Positions 9,305-17,751 of a stretch of 64,000 bases of DNA are shown here, piece by piece. Location of the stretch: positions 1,440,001-1,504,000 of the forward strand of contig CP084167.1 in assembly GCA_021513715.1 (NCBI GenBank), written 5' to 3'. Origin of the DNA: Candidatus Heimdallarchaeum endolithica (GTDB lineage: Archaea > Asgardarchaeota > Heimdallarchaeia > Heimdallarchaeales > Heimdallarchaeaceae). A program made the position numbers and the translations under genes. The notes under the pieces were generated by a model. That model saw only the letters and a program-made list of their open reading frames with translations. It did not search any database and was not told the origin of the DNA. Positions within the stretch are counted from its first letter, which is position 1; each line of letters opens with the position of its first letter.

Positions 9305-12300
9305 TTAAACCCCAGTTATTGCTTCTGTTCTTGAGCCTAGGATGATGTTTGTAAAGACTAAACTGAGTATTTGTAGGATCATCAAAATCACTCCTAAAGC
9401 GCAGAATATTTGGAATCTAGCATTTACTTGATTTGCCATCATCCATGTTAATGTTCCACCAAGTTCGGATGTGATAAGAAAAACTGTGGTTGAGACTTCT
9501 GACAAGCAATACAAAAATGAGACAAGACTTCCTGCAAATACATTAAGAGAAATCATAGGTACAGTGATTTTGGCAAAGGTTTTCATTCTACCGGCCCCCA
9601 GATTAAATGATGACTCCTCGAGCACTTTATCCATTTGTTGCAAACCAGCATAAGCTGCTCTAACAGTGAATGGAAACTTACGAATCGTATATGAGAGTAT
9701 TAAAAGTACATAGGCAATTCCCACGAAAGGATCAAGATGTGCTTTAACTGCAAATTTATTCATAAATAAGTTAAATGAATTAGGATTGTTAGTAAAAATC
9801 GTACCCCAGTCAAAAGTACGATAATATCCAAGAGCTAGAACAATTCCAGGTATAGCAATTGGAATTGTAACCAGAGAGTCAAATGCAGCTTTTCCTTTAA
9901 ACTCTTTTCTACTTACCACATAAGCTGCTAGTGAACCTAGAATAACAATTAAAATTGTTGCAGCGAAACTATACAGTAAAGTATTCCTAACAAAACTTGG
10001 GATATTGTACTGTGAAGAAACAAAGACAAGTCTATAGTTTTCCAAAGTAAAACTCATATTTTTTATGCTAGAAGAGCCTAGAGTTTCGCTTATTGACATC
10101 ATTATTATACCAACATGCACAATTAAAGAAAGTGCAAATAAGATAACTAGGAAGGGATAAATGAACAATAGTTTCCATTTAGCTTTACTTAATCTATATT
10201 GACCTGCTCTTCCTTTGGAAACCATTGAATATTGTCTTAGTGAAACATATTTTCGTATAACTAAAAATCCTGCAATAGCTATTACTAAGAGTAGACCTCC
10301 TAAAACACATACTTCAGGTGTTATGATATTAGAGCTAGAAAGTTGAAAGTCTGAAAAAATAAAATAGGTCAAAAATTGCCTTGCAAAATTATCCCCCATA
10401 CCAACAAAGATAATTGGTGTCCCCACATCCTCCATTGATAAGATTAGTACTAAAATTGCTCCTGCACCGATTCCAGGAAGAGCTAAAGGCAAAGTCACTG
10501 TAAAGAATAATCTAAAACTTCCAGCACCAAGATTTTCAGCTTGTTCTTCCATGCTTGGATCAACATTTACAAATGAAGAGAAGGCATTCAAATAAACTAA
10601 TGCATAGAAATGAAAGCTTTGTACAAAACAAATAGCAACAAAACCCTCAATAATTAGTCTTGAATGAAAGACAGGAATAAGGAAAAAGTTGTTAAGTAAT
10701 CCATTCGGGCCTAAAAAGTATCTGAAACCCATACCACTTATAAAAGGTGGGATAATTAAGGGGGCAAGAGCTAGAATACTAAAGAACTTCTTTCCAGGAA
10801 ATTCATATCGTGCTAAAATAAAAGCTAGTGCAGTACCTAAAAGAACTGAAACGAGAGTAGTCACAACCCCAAGAATTAAAGTATTAAGAACTATTCCTCT
10901 TGATACTCCTACCAATTTGTAAGTTGTGATTTCAATATTATCCTGATATTGGAATATTTTCTTGAATTCAGTCATATTTTGACTATCTAAAATAAGTACA
11001 CCATCTCCTCCATTTGCAACATAAACAAAGCCAGAGATTGGTTCATAAAAGATGTCTTCAACACCAACTATTCCCAGACTATAAGATAGAAGATGGGATA
11101 CATTTAAAGGATCAGAAACATCATAAACTTCTATACTATAAAAATCGCCTATTTTAGAAGTTATGAATGCTTTATTATCAAAAATATTGATATTATCTGC
11201 ACGTCTGCTTTCTATGTGTACCAAGGTAATGTTAGAGGGTTCAGAGATATCGAGAATTACAAAACCTGTACTACCCAGAGATAAAAATGCATAATTATCA
11301 ACAATTTGAATTTCCTTTGCTCTTAGACTTATACCATCAATCTCTTCAATTCTTGAGAACAAAGAAGGATTAGATGGGTCTGAAATATCAAAAATCATTA
11401 ATCGCGAATACGAACCAACCAAATAGGCATAATCATCTTTAATTTGAATGTCATCTGAATCTGTTTCTATTGTAACATTACTAATTAATTTTGGTTCAAA
11501 AGGATCACTAATATCATAAATTAAGAAACCATCATCTTGATAATCAAGAAAAGCGTAGTTTCCATGAATAGTAATAAACTCAGTTTTATTTGTAGGAATC
11601 GGAGTTATTGAAACTATATCAATACCCTGCTTAATATTACTCATGTTAAATATCATTAATCCTTGTCTTGAATCAGAAGCAAAAAGTAATTCTTCGCTTT
11701 GTGCAATATCTGTAACAAAACTATTGTCAAACTTTATCTGGTTGACTTCTTCGATATTATTGTAATCAGTTACATTAAGGACCTCAATACCTTCAAAACC
11801 TTCAGCAGTATAAATATAACCGTCAGAATAGATTATAGATTTAGCATATCCTCCAAATTCAAAATTCTGGTTTTTTGTGAAAAAGGATGTTGAAGGGTCA
11901 CCCTTAAAATTAAAGAATTTTTCATCTGAAAAAACGTGTCCAAAAGCGTAAAAGGTTATTTGTCCTGACTCTTGGAGATAAATAGCAACATTTACTAAAT
12001 ATTCTCCTGTCCCTTTATTTGAATAAACCACAATATCCCATGAAACAACCCCAGATTCAGGTAGATCAGGGGATTTAATGACCACACGTTCAGTCTTAGT
12101 TTTTGAAGAATAGTACTTAGCATTTGGAATAGAATTTTCTTCAGCATCACCATCTAAATTCCCACCAGTACGTCTACCTTGATGATCTATCACAGATAAA
12201 TCAAAATCTGAATCTTTAGGTGGTTGAAGAAAAATAATAACTTTACCTATTCCTTCTGTAGCATTAATATTAAACGAATGATAAGGTCCTGATTGGTGAA

Positions 12301-12541
12301 CAGCAGTTATTTCATCTCTAAATGCGAAAGTCTCTGCTGCACTTGGAATATAAACTGCACCAGAAAGGATTAACAAGAGAGGTATAACCATCCAAATGAT
12401 AAATACAATAGAAATAATCCCTATAACAACATTAGTTGAAGGATCGCGTAAAAGCTTTACATAAAGCGTATCAATAATATTTCTTTTTCTTTTTAGCTTT
12501 CTTTTTTCCTTTTTTTTCTTATTTAGACTTAAAGTGGCCAT
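9305..12541 (-). CDS. Fe3+/thiamine-type ABC transporter permease (two permease domains) with a large extracellular PPC-like plus LVIVD-repeat insertion
   Basis: Two EAA loops (EEQAENLGA, EESSFNLGA); PLIIPPFI and PIAIPGIV motifs; repeated GLMIFNMSN / GFLIYDISDP / LMIFDISDPSNP / GFVILDISEP LVIVD repeats after TM1. Confidence 0.85.
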   Translation of the reverse strand: MATLSLNKKKKEKRKLKRKRNIIDTLYVKLLRDPSTNVVIGIISIVFIIWMVIPLLLILSGAVYIPSAAETFAFRDEITAVHQSGPYHSFNINATEGIGKVIIFLQPPKDSDFDLSVIDHQGRRTGGNLDGDAEENSIPNAKYYSSKTKTERVVIKSPDLPESGVVSWDIVVYSNKGTGEYLVNVAIYLQESGQITFYAFGHVFSDEKFFNFKGDPSTSFFTKNQNFEFGGYAKSIIYSDGYIYTAEGFEGIEVLNVTDYNNIEEVNQIKFDNSFVTDIAQSEELLFASDSRQGLMIFNMSNIKQGIDIVSITPIPTNKTEFITIHGNYAFLDYQDDGFLIYDISDPFEPKLISNVTIETDSDDIQIKDDYAYLVGSYSRLMIFDISDPSNPSLFSRIEEIDGISLRAKEIQIVDNYAFLSLGSTGFVILDISEPSNITLVHIESRRADNINIFDNKAFITSKIGDFYSIEVYDVSDPLNVSHLLSYSLGIVGVEDIFYEPISGFVYVANGGDGVLILDSQNMTEFKKIFQYQDNIEITTYKLVGVSRGIVLNTLILGVVTTLVSVLLGTALAFILARYEFPGKKFFSILALAPLIIPPFISGMGFRYFLGPNGLLNNFFLIPVFHSRLIIEGFVAICFVQSFHFYALVYLNAFSSFVNVDPSMEEQAENLGAGSFRLFFTVTLPLALPGIGAGAILVLILSMEDVGTPIIFVGMGDNFARQFLTYFIFSDFQLSSSNIITPEVCVLGGLLLVIAIAGFLVIRKYVSLRQYSMVSKGRAGQYRLSKAKWKLLFIYPFLVILFALSLIVHVGIIMMSISETLGSSSIKNMSFTLENYRLVFVSSQYNIPSFVRNTLLYSFAATILIVILGSLAAYVVSRKEFKGKAAFDSLVTIPIAIPGIVLALGYYRTFDWGTIFTNNPNSFNLFMNKFAVKAHLDPFVGIAYVLLILSYTIRKFPFTVRAAYAGLQQMDKVLEESSFNLGAGRMKTFAKITVPMISLNVFAGSLVSFLYCLSEVSTTVFLITSELGGTLTWMMANQVNARFQIFCALGVILMILQILSLVFTNIILGSRTEAITGV

Positions 12542-12586
12542 TAAGTAGTCTTTTTATTATATCTTTTAATATTTTTCTCAAAGGAA

Positions 12587-12696
12587 TAGTACTTCCGAAT
12601 TATCTCAAAAAGTATGAATTGAGAACACGCCAATGATAGTATAAACGCCTATAATTTTTACCTATAGAAATCGGTCAACTTATTGCGGAAGTACTA
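12587..12696. mobile_element. Candidate 110-bp MITE with 11-bp TIRs and a 6-bp target-site duplication
   Basis: TAGTACTTCCG (12587-12597) ... CGGAAGTACTA (12686-12696), flanked on both sides by AAGGAA (12581-12586 and 12697-12702); non-coding. Confidence 0.65.
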
Positions 12697-12733
12697 AAGG
12701 AAGAAAAAAAGAAAATAAAAATAGAAAAGAGTT

Positions 12734-14230
12734 TTATTTTCGCTTCTTTCTTAAGATGATAACAAGAGTTGCGAAACTAATAAGGGAGAACATTGTAGAA
12801 ATAGGAGTTTTTGTAGGAGTTGTAGTCGGATTTTCAGTTCCTGGAATACTGCCAATATCATCGATTATTGCGTTATATTTCTGTTTAGCAAAATTCTTCC
12901 ATTCACTTCTTTTAGTTGAAGCAAAGCTTGGATCAGTTTGAAAGTCATCATTCCAATCTATTGACTCATTTAATGTCATTCCCACTTCAGTTAATTGTTC
13001 ACTTAACTCTTCAAATTTCTCCTGGGTAATGTTACCACTCTTTAATCTCAACACCATTGAACCCCAAGCCTCTCTTAAAAGGTCATGATTTGAAGTAATT
13101 GTTTCATGGAAGTAATAAATTGTAGTATCCAAGTTAGAAACTGCAAGTTCCTCATCAAAAGTAATTCCTTCATTGTCTAAAGTCTCATTGTAAAGTGCAT
13201 AAAGAGCTTGACCATTTTCAGTTTGACCAGCAGGTGTATGAAAAGCAGATTCTAGTACTGGTAATCTGTCCAATCCCTCTGTAAACCATACTGATTGACC
13301 TTCAGGAGATTCTACGAATTTAATAAAAGCTTTTGCAGCTTCATAATCATCAACATTTGCTCCAAGTGCAATTGGGTCACCGTTTACAATTGATTGACCT
13401 TCTGGAATGATATATTCACAGTCAGGATTTTCTCTCATAGCAATAACTCCGTAAAAGTCTATTGTCATCCCTACACCGACTTCACCATTAATTACAGCAG
13501 CACGAGTGTCTACAGAACCAGGATAAATTCCAGCGTTAGCAGCCATTTTAGTAATAATTTCCCATCCTTTTTCCCATCCAAAAGCTTGAAGAATAATTTG
13601 GTAAATTCTCGTATTAGAAGTTGTTTCTGGAGGATCTCCCATACTTATGGCTCTAACATCAGGAGAAACATAGAATTCAGGAGAAGCTAGTTCTTCCCAT
13701 GTATGGGGAACTGGAAGGCCTTTATCACTTAAAAATTGGTGGTTAACAGTGAAACCAAAGGATGAAATAGCTGAAGCAACAAACAAAAGATTATCATCCT
13801 CATCCCACCACTTCATTGAAGCTCCTGCAATTCTATCAGGAACTGTCTCATTTAGATAGTTTACTAAATCAGCATCGTCCATAGGTTTAAGAGCTTTATA
13901 ATTTGCCATTGTACTAAATAAAGCTGGGCCTCCACCCCAAGCTACGTCTACACCTTTTGAAGCATCTATAAGTAAACTTCTCCAACCATCATCAGTACTA
14001 ACTGATTTAAAATCAATGTCAGTTATACCTAGATTTTGAGCTTCTTCAGTAGCAAGGAATTTCTCTTTAAATTCGTTTGTAATAGTTACATCATGCCTCG
14101 TAACAACAGTTAGAACTACATCTGCTTTTAAATCAGCATTGTTATTTCTTGTTATATCTCCATTAACTGCTGCAGTTGCAGATACAGCAATTAAAACAAC
14201 GAGGACAAGAAAATTGATTTTTCTTTTCAT
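12734..14230 (-). CDS. ABC transporter substrate-binding protein, Fe3+/AfuA-like family, with C-terminal membrane anchor
   Basis: Signal peptide; VVTRHD, DVAWGGG, PHTWEELA, GMTIDFYG and NGDPIA motifs; T/P-rich linker, TM and RKKRK tail. Confidence 0.88.
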   Translation of the reverse strand: MKRKINFLVLVVLIAVSATAAVNGDITRNNNADLKADVVLTVVTRHDVTITNEFKEKFLATEEAQNLGITDIDFKSVSTDDGWRSLLIDASKGVDVAWGGGPALFSTMANYKALKPMDDADLVNYLNETVPDRIAGASMKWWDEDDNLLFVASAISSFGFTVNHQFLSDKGLPVPHTWEELASPEFYVSPDVRAISMGDPPETTSNTRIYQIILQAFGWEKGWEIITKMAANAGIYPGSVDTRAAVINGEVGVGMTIDFYGVIAMRENPDCEYIIPEGQSIVNGDPIALGANVDDYEAAKAFIKFVESPEGQSVWFTEGLDRLPVLESAFHTPAGQTENGQALYALYNETLDNEGITFDEELAVSNLDTTIYYFHETITSNHDLLREAWGSMVLRLKSGNITQEKFEELSEQLTEVGMTLNESIDWNDDFQTDPSFASTKRSEWKNFAKQKYNAIIDDIGSIPGTENPTTTPTKTPISTMFSLISFATLVIILRKKRK

Positions 14231-14298
14231 AATAATACCTTCTTTTTTTTTAGTTACTATAACAATCGACCTAACTCTTTAAATCTTTTTGTTATCCA

Positions 14299-14318
14299 TT
14301 GACAATAATTATTATCAA
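14299..14318. promoter_or_regulatory. Palindromic operator candidate between the divergent ABC SBP and phosphatase genes
   Basis: TTGACAATAA|TTATTATCAA, a 10+10 palindrome with one mismatch. Confidence 0.4.
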
Positions 14319-14408
14319 ACTAAAAAAATTAAATTAAAAGTATTTTATTTCAAGAGGATTTTGTATATAGAAAAAAATATTAAATGAGTATTTAAAGAAA
14401 GTTAAAAG

Positions 14409-15992
14409 ATGATAATAATGAAAAGAAAAGTAATTTCACTTATTTCATTACTACTTATTTTTAGTATGATACAATCAAACTTCTCTATTAGTTATACTTC
14501 AATTAATAGAGACTTTGAGATAAACAATTATGTAACTAAAGAAATCCCAACATACAAGAAAGTCGTTTTTGTAACATGGGATGGAGTCAGAGAGAAATGG
14601 TTTGAAGAGCTCACTGCAGATAATACACTAGGAAACGCTAGCAAAGTTATCCAATCTGGTCACCTTCAAAAAGTAAGGATTACTACCCATATTACATCGA
14701 CTGACCCTGGATTAAGTACCATGGAAACGGGATACGGTGACGCCATTCATGGAATATCTGCTAACCAGTTTGGTCCAGGTTCTCCAAAATTAAGTATCCC
14801 TGACGGATTAACAACAACAGAAAGATTGAAAGCTTCTTTTGGAGATAGTATAAAAACAGGAATGTTTTTGCCTTGGTCTTTTCACCAGATAAATGAAGAT
14901 TACATGATGCAAGAAGGGAACTATACAGACAGCATATTTGAGAAAATAAAGATTGGCAAAGATGTAGATTATTGGTTTGCCTCTGAAAATCTAAGTTGGA
15001 CACCAGACGATAATGAATCAATAAGAGCAATATATGAAGGATATGATACTGACAATCATGGATTTCATCCAGATGTAGGTCTGTTTTCAGATCCTTTGCT
15101 TAAAAGTTCGTACCTTGCCGAACAAATAACTAAATTCTTAGATCTTTATGCTGATGATTCGTTCTATATTAGAACACATTTCACAGAACCTGATACAGTT
15201 GGTCATGGATATTTTGAATCAAAAGATGGTATCATAACACCTGAATACAAAACTGCATTAATTCAATGTGATGAAGCAGTGGGTATCATATTAAACAAAC
15301 TAGAAGAGGAAGGAATATTGGATGACACCCTAGTTATTGTTGGAACAGATCATGGTTTCTTCAAAGAGTCTCACGATGGAGAACCTTGGCCTAATGGAAA
15401 GTTGGCAGTTACACAACAAGTTTTCGCAATAAGCAAAAGCGATGTAAAAACCAGCCAAGATATTGCAATTGCTCAAAAAGACATTTCTCCCACAATATTA
15501 TCTGTTTTGGGCGTAGACATTTCTTCTTTGTCACCTGCATATACTGGAAAGGATGAAACAGGAATACCAATTTGGGATAAAGTTGACAATGAAGCTCCTA
15601 AACTAATTAAAGTTCAATATCAGTTAGAAACACAGTATATTCCTCGAGATTTTGAAAATGGCTCTAAAATTAATGAACCGTTTGATTTATACTTACAAAT
15701 AAACGAATGGAGTGACATCAAAGCAGTTTCTATGAAGACTGAAGACAATAAAGTGATTGACCCATCCTCAATTTCAAATACTCAAATATTATGGGAAAAA
15801 CTTGACAAAAGCATACTTGGAGGAGGTTCTCATAGTTTAGTCATAACAATCACTGACGAATTTGATTTAACCACACAAATAACTGTTAATATTAATGCAG
15901 GAGGAGTCAGTTTTAATTGGTTCTATTCAATTATTGCTTTGACACTAATTGCTGCTCCATTACTTCTAAAGAAATATAGAAAAGATATATAG
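14409..15992 (+). CDS. Alkaline phosphatase superfamily (phosphodiesterase/NPP-like) surface protein
   Basis: FVTWDG, TSTDPG (Thr nucleophile), EPDTVGH, GTDHG and DISPTIL motifs; signal peptide and C-terminal TM. Confidence 0.82.
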   Translation: MIIMKRKVISLISLLLIFSMIQSNFSISYTSINRDFEINNYVTKEIPTYKKVVFVTWDGVREKWFEELTADNTLGNASKVIQSGHLQKVRITTHITSTDPGLSTMETGYGDAIHGISANQFGPGSPKLSIPDGLTTTERLKASFGDSIKTGMFLPWSFHQINEDYMMQEGNYTDSIFEKIKIGKDVDYWFASENLSWTPDDNESIRAIYEGYDTDNHGFHPDVGLFSDPLLKSSYLAEQITKFLDLYADDSFYIRTHFTEPDTVGHGYFESKDGIITPEYKTALIQCDEAVGIILNKLEEEGILDDTLVIVGTDHGFFKESHDGEPWPNGKLAVTQQVFAISKSDVKTSQDIAIAQKDISPTILSVLGVDISSLSPAYTGKDETGIPIWDKVDNEAPKLIKVQYQLETQYIPRDFENGSKINEPFDLYLQINEWSDIKAVSMKTEDNKVIDPSSISNTQILWEKLDKSILGGGSHSLVITITDEFDLTTQITVNINAGGVSFNWFYSIIALTLIAAPLLLKKYRKDI

Positions 15993-16041
15993 AATATAAT
16001 AATTACAATTACTTATTTATTATATTCTTACTTTCATTTTC

Positions 16042-16485
16042 TTATATTTGGCCCCAAGAAATAAATTTTCCATCTTTTCTTTTAACTAAAACAGAACCAA
16101 ATTTTCTCCATTGTTCTTCTCTAAATCTAATAATTTGAAATTCATCTTGAGAAGATTTCATTTTTAGTTGGAGTAACTCTGCAAGAGAAAGTTTTTTCTC
16201 GTAAAAAAGTCGAGTAATGTATTTTCCCTCTCTATCTCCTAGACTGACCTCCTTTGCCAAATTTAATAAATGTAAAACAGGAAGGTTAGAAAATAAAGGT
16301 TGGTGAGAAGAGGTATATACTGAACCTGGACAAATAGATTCATTTTTGTATTCTTCAACACATTTTTTACAAAAAATTAATTGACACCCGTTACATATTT
16401 TCCACTCTTCAAGCACAGCCTCTTTTAATGAAGATTGATTTTTACAAAAAGCACATTTCACATAGAAATCTAAAATATTAGTCAC
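16042..16485 (-). CDS. RING-like zinc-finger protein (Nse1-RING-like)
   Basis: CAFC-x16-CNGC-x4-CKKC-x9-CP-x7-H; its GTG start overlaps the stop of the upstream gene (GTGA). Confidence 0.65.
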   Translation of the reverse strand: MTNILDFYVKCAFCKNQSSLKEAVLEEWKICNGCQLIFCKKCVEEYKNESICPGSVYTSSHQPLFSNLPVLHLLNLAKEVSLGDREGKYITRLFYEKKLSLAELLQLKMKSSQDEFQIIRFREEQWRKFGSVLVKRKDGKFISWGQI

Positions 16486-17060
16486 AGCTTTTCATACTCC
16501 TCTTTAATTTTTGTCCTTTCATCTTCATCAAACTCAAGGAGAGTTCTGTAATTGTAATCTATTAGATTTGATTTTCGTTTAATATATCCTTTATACGTGA
16601 GAGATCTTATGCTCTCACTTACAATATACTCTTTTAAATAGTCATTAGATGTTAAAAACTCTTTAATCTTTTTAGTTGTAATTTTTTTCCCTGATTCTCT
16701 TAAACCCACTATTATCCCTAAAACAATTAATTCTACCTCATTTAGTTCTGGAGGAGCGAAATAGTTTGATTTTAAGCACAACCAAGTTTCATTAACTATT
16801 TTGTAATTGACTAATTCCAACCCAAGAATAGAAATAAAAATCTTATATTCTTCTAAAATATTTTCGAGTGTTGCTATATCCACCCTAGTTACTATCAACA
16901 AACCTTGTTGAGATACACCAAAAACTTCTACATTATCTTTTATCCATCTTCTAGTTAATATTGTTGTTAGTTCCCTAAATAATTCTTGTTTCTCTTTATC
17001 TGTAATTAAAGGAGACAATTTTTGTTCTTTATCTGTAATTTCATTTTTCATTTCATTCAT
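16482..17060 (-). CDS. Tandem winged-helix (KITE, Nse1/Nse3/ScpB-like) SMC accessory subunit
   Basis: ISILGLELV...WLCL, LNEVELIVLGII and SIRSLTYKGYIKR...YNYRTLLEF resemble Nse1 WH-A/WH-B patterns; in an operon with the SMC gene. Confidence 0.6.
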   Translation of the reverse strand: MNEMKNEITDKEQKLSPLITDKEKQELFRELTTILTRRWIKDNVEVFGVSQQGLLIVTRVDIATLENILEEYKIFISILGLELVNYKIVNETWLCLKSNYFAPPELNEVELIVLGIIVGLRESGKKITTKKIKEFLTSNDYLKEYIVSESIRSLTYKGYIKRKSNLIDYNYRTLLEFDEDERTKIKEEYEKL

Positions 17061-17751
17061 CTTCTTTTTTCTTTGATGTTAAAAGGAGTGAACTCGACAA
17101 TTCTGCATCTTCTTCTGAAGAGGGTCTACAAAAACGAATTTTATCTCCGTCTGAAACAGCGATTAGTGTTTTTTCAGAAGTCATCTTTGAAAGTACTTCT
17201 AACTCAATAGAACTTAATAATTTTTCAAGTTCACTTTTTTTCAATTCTTTGTTTAACAATTTTTCCTCTAATTTTCTTTCTAAACTCATAAAATCACCAA
17301 AAGTTAAAATCTCAGACTCTAATTTTTGTTGTCCCCTTATATCCCAGAAACCATACTCATCATTAATTTGAGGATTAATTATACTATCTTCTGATTTTTC
17401 AAAATGCAATAGGGAGCTAGGGAACGTTTTTTTTCCTACTACAGAAACCAAAGGAGTAGATTTTTTTCTTACAAAATTAGAAAATGAATTTATTCTACTT
17501 TTATTTTTAAGAATATTCTCTAAATTAAGTTCCTCTCGTAATTTATACATCAAGATATAATCTTCATAGACCTCTGCATCTAATAATTTTTCCTTATTTT
17601 GAAGCAAATATTGATAAATATCTGAAGTTTGCTCTCTATCTTTTTCTGATTCATCTATTAACAGTGGAATTTTTTTTCTTAGTAATTTTTTATATTTTTT
17701 TTCAATTTCAAAAAGAGTAAGCAAGAGAACATCATAGTCTTCTTCCATCAT
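17053..17751 (-). CDS. Putative kleisin-like (Nse4/ScpA-like) SMC accessory subunit
   Basis: Helical N-terminus, low-complexity linker and a WH-like C-terminus; ATGA-coupled to the SMC gene. Assignment rests mainly on size and context. Confidence 0.4.
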   Translation of the reverse strand: MMEEDYDVLLLTLFEIEKKYKKLLRKKIPLLIDESEKDREQTSDIYQYLLQNKEKLLDAEVYEDYILMYKLREELNLENILKNKSRINSFSNFVRKKSTPLVSVVGKKTFPSSLLHFEKSEDSIINPQINDEYGFWDIRGQQKLESEILTFGDFMSLERKLEEKLLNKELKKSELEKLLSSIELEVLSKMTSEKTLIAVSDGDKIRFCRPSSEEDAELSSSLLLTSKKKEDE

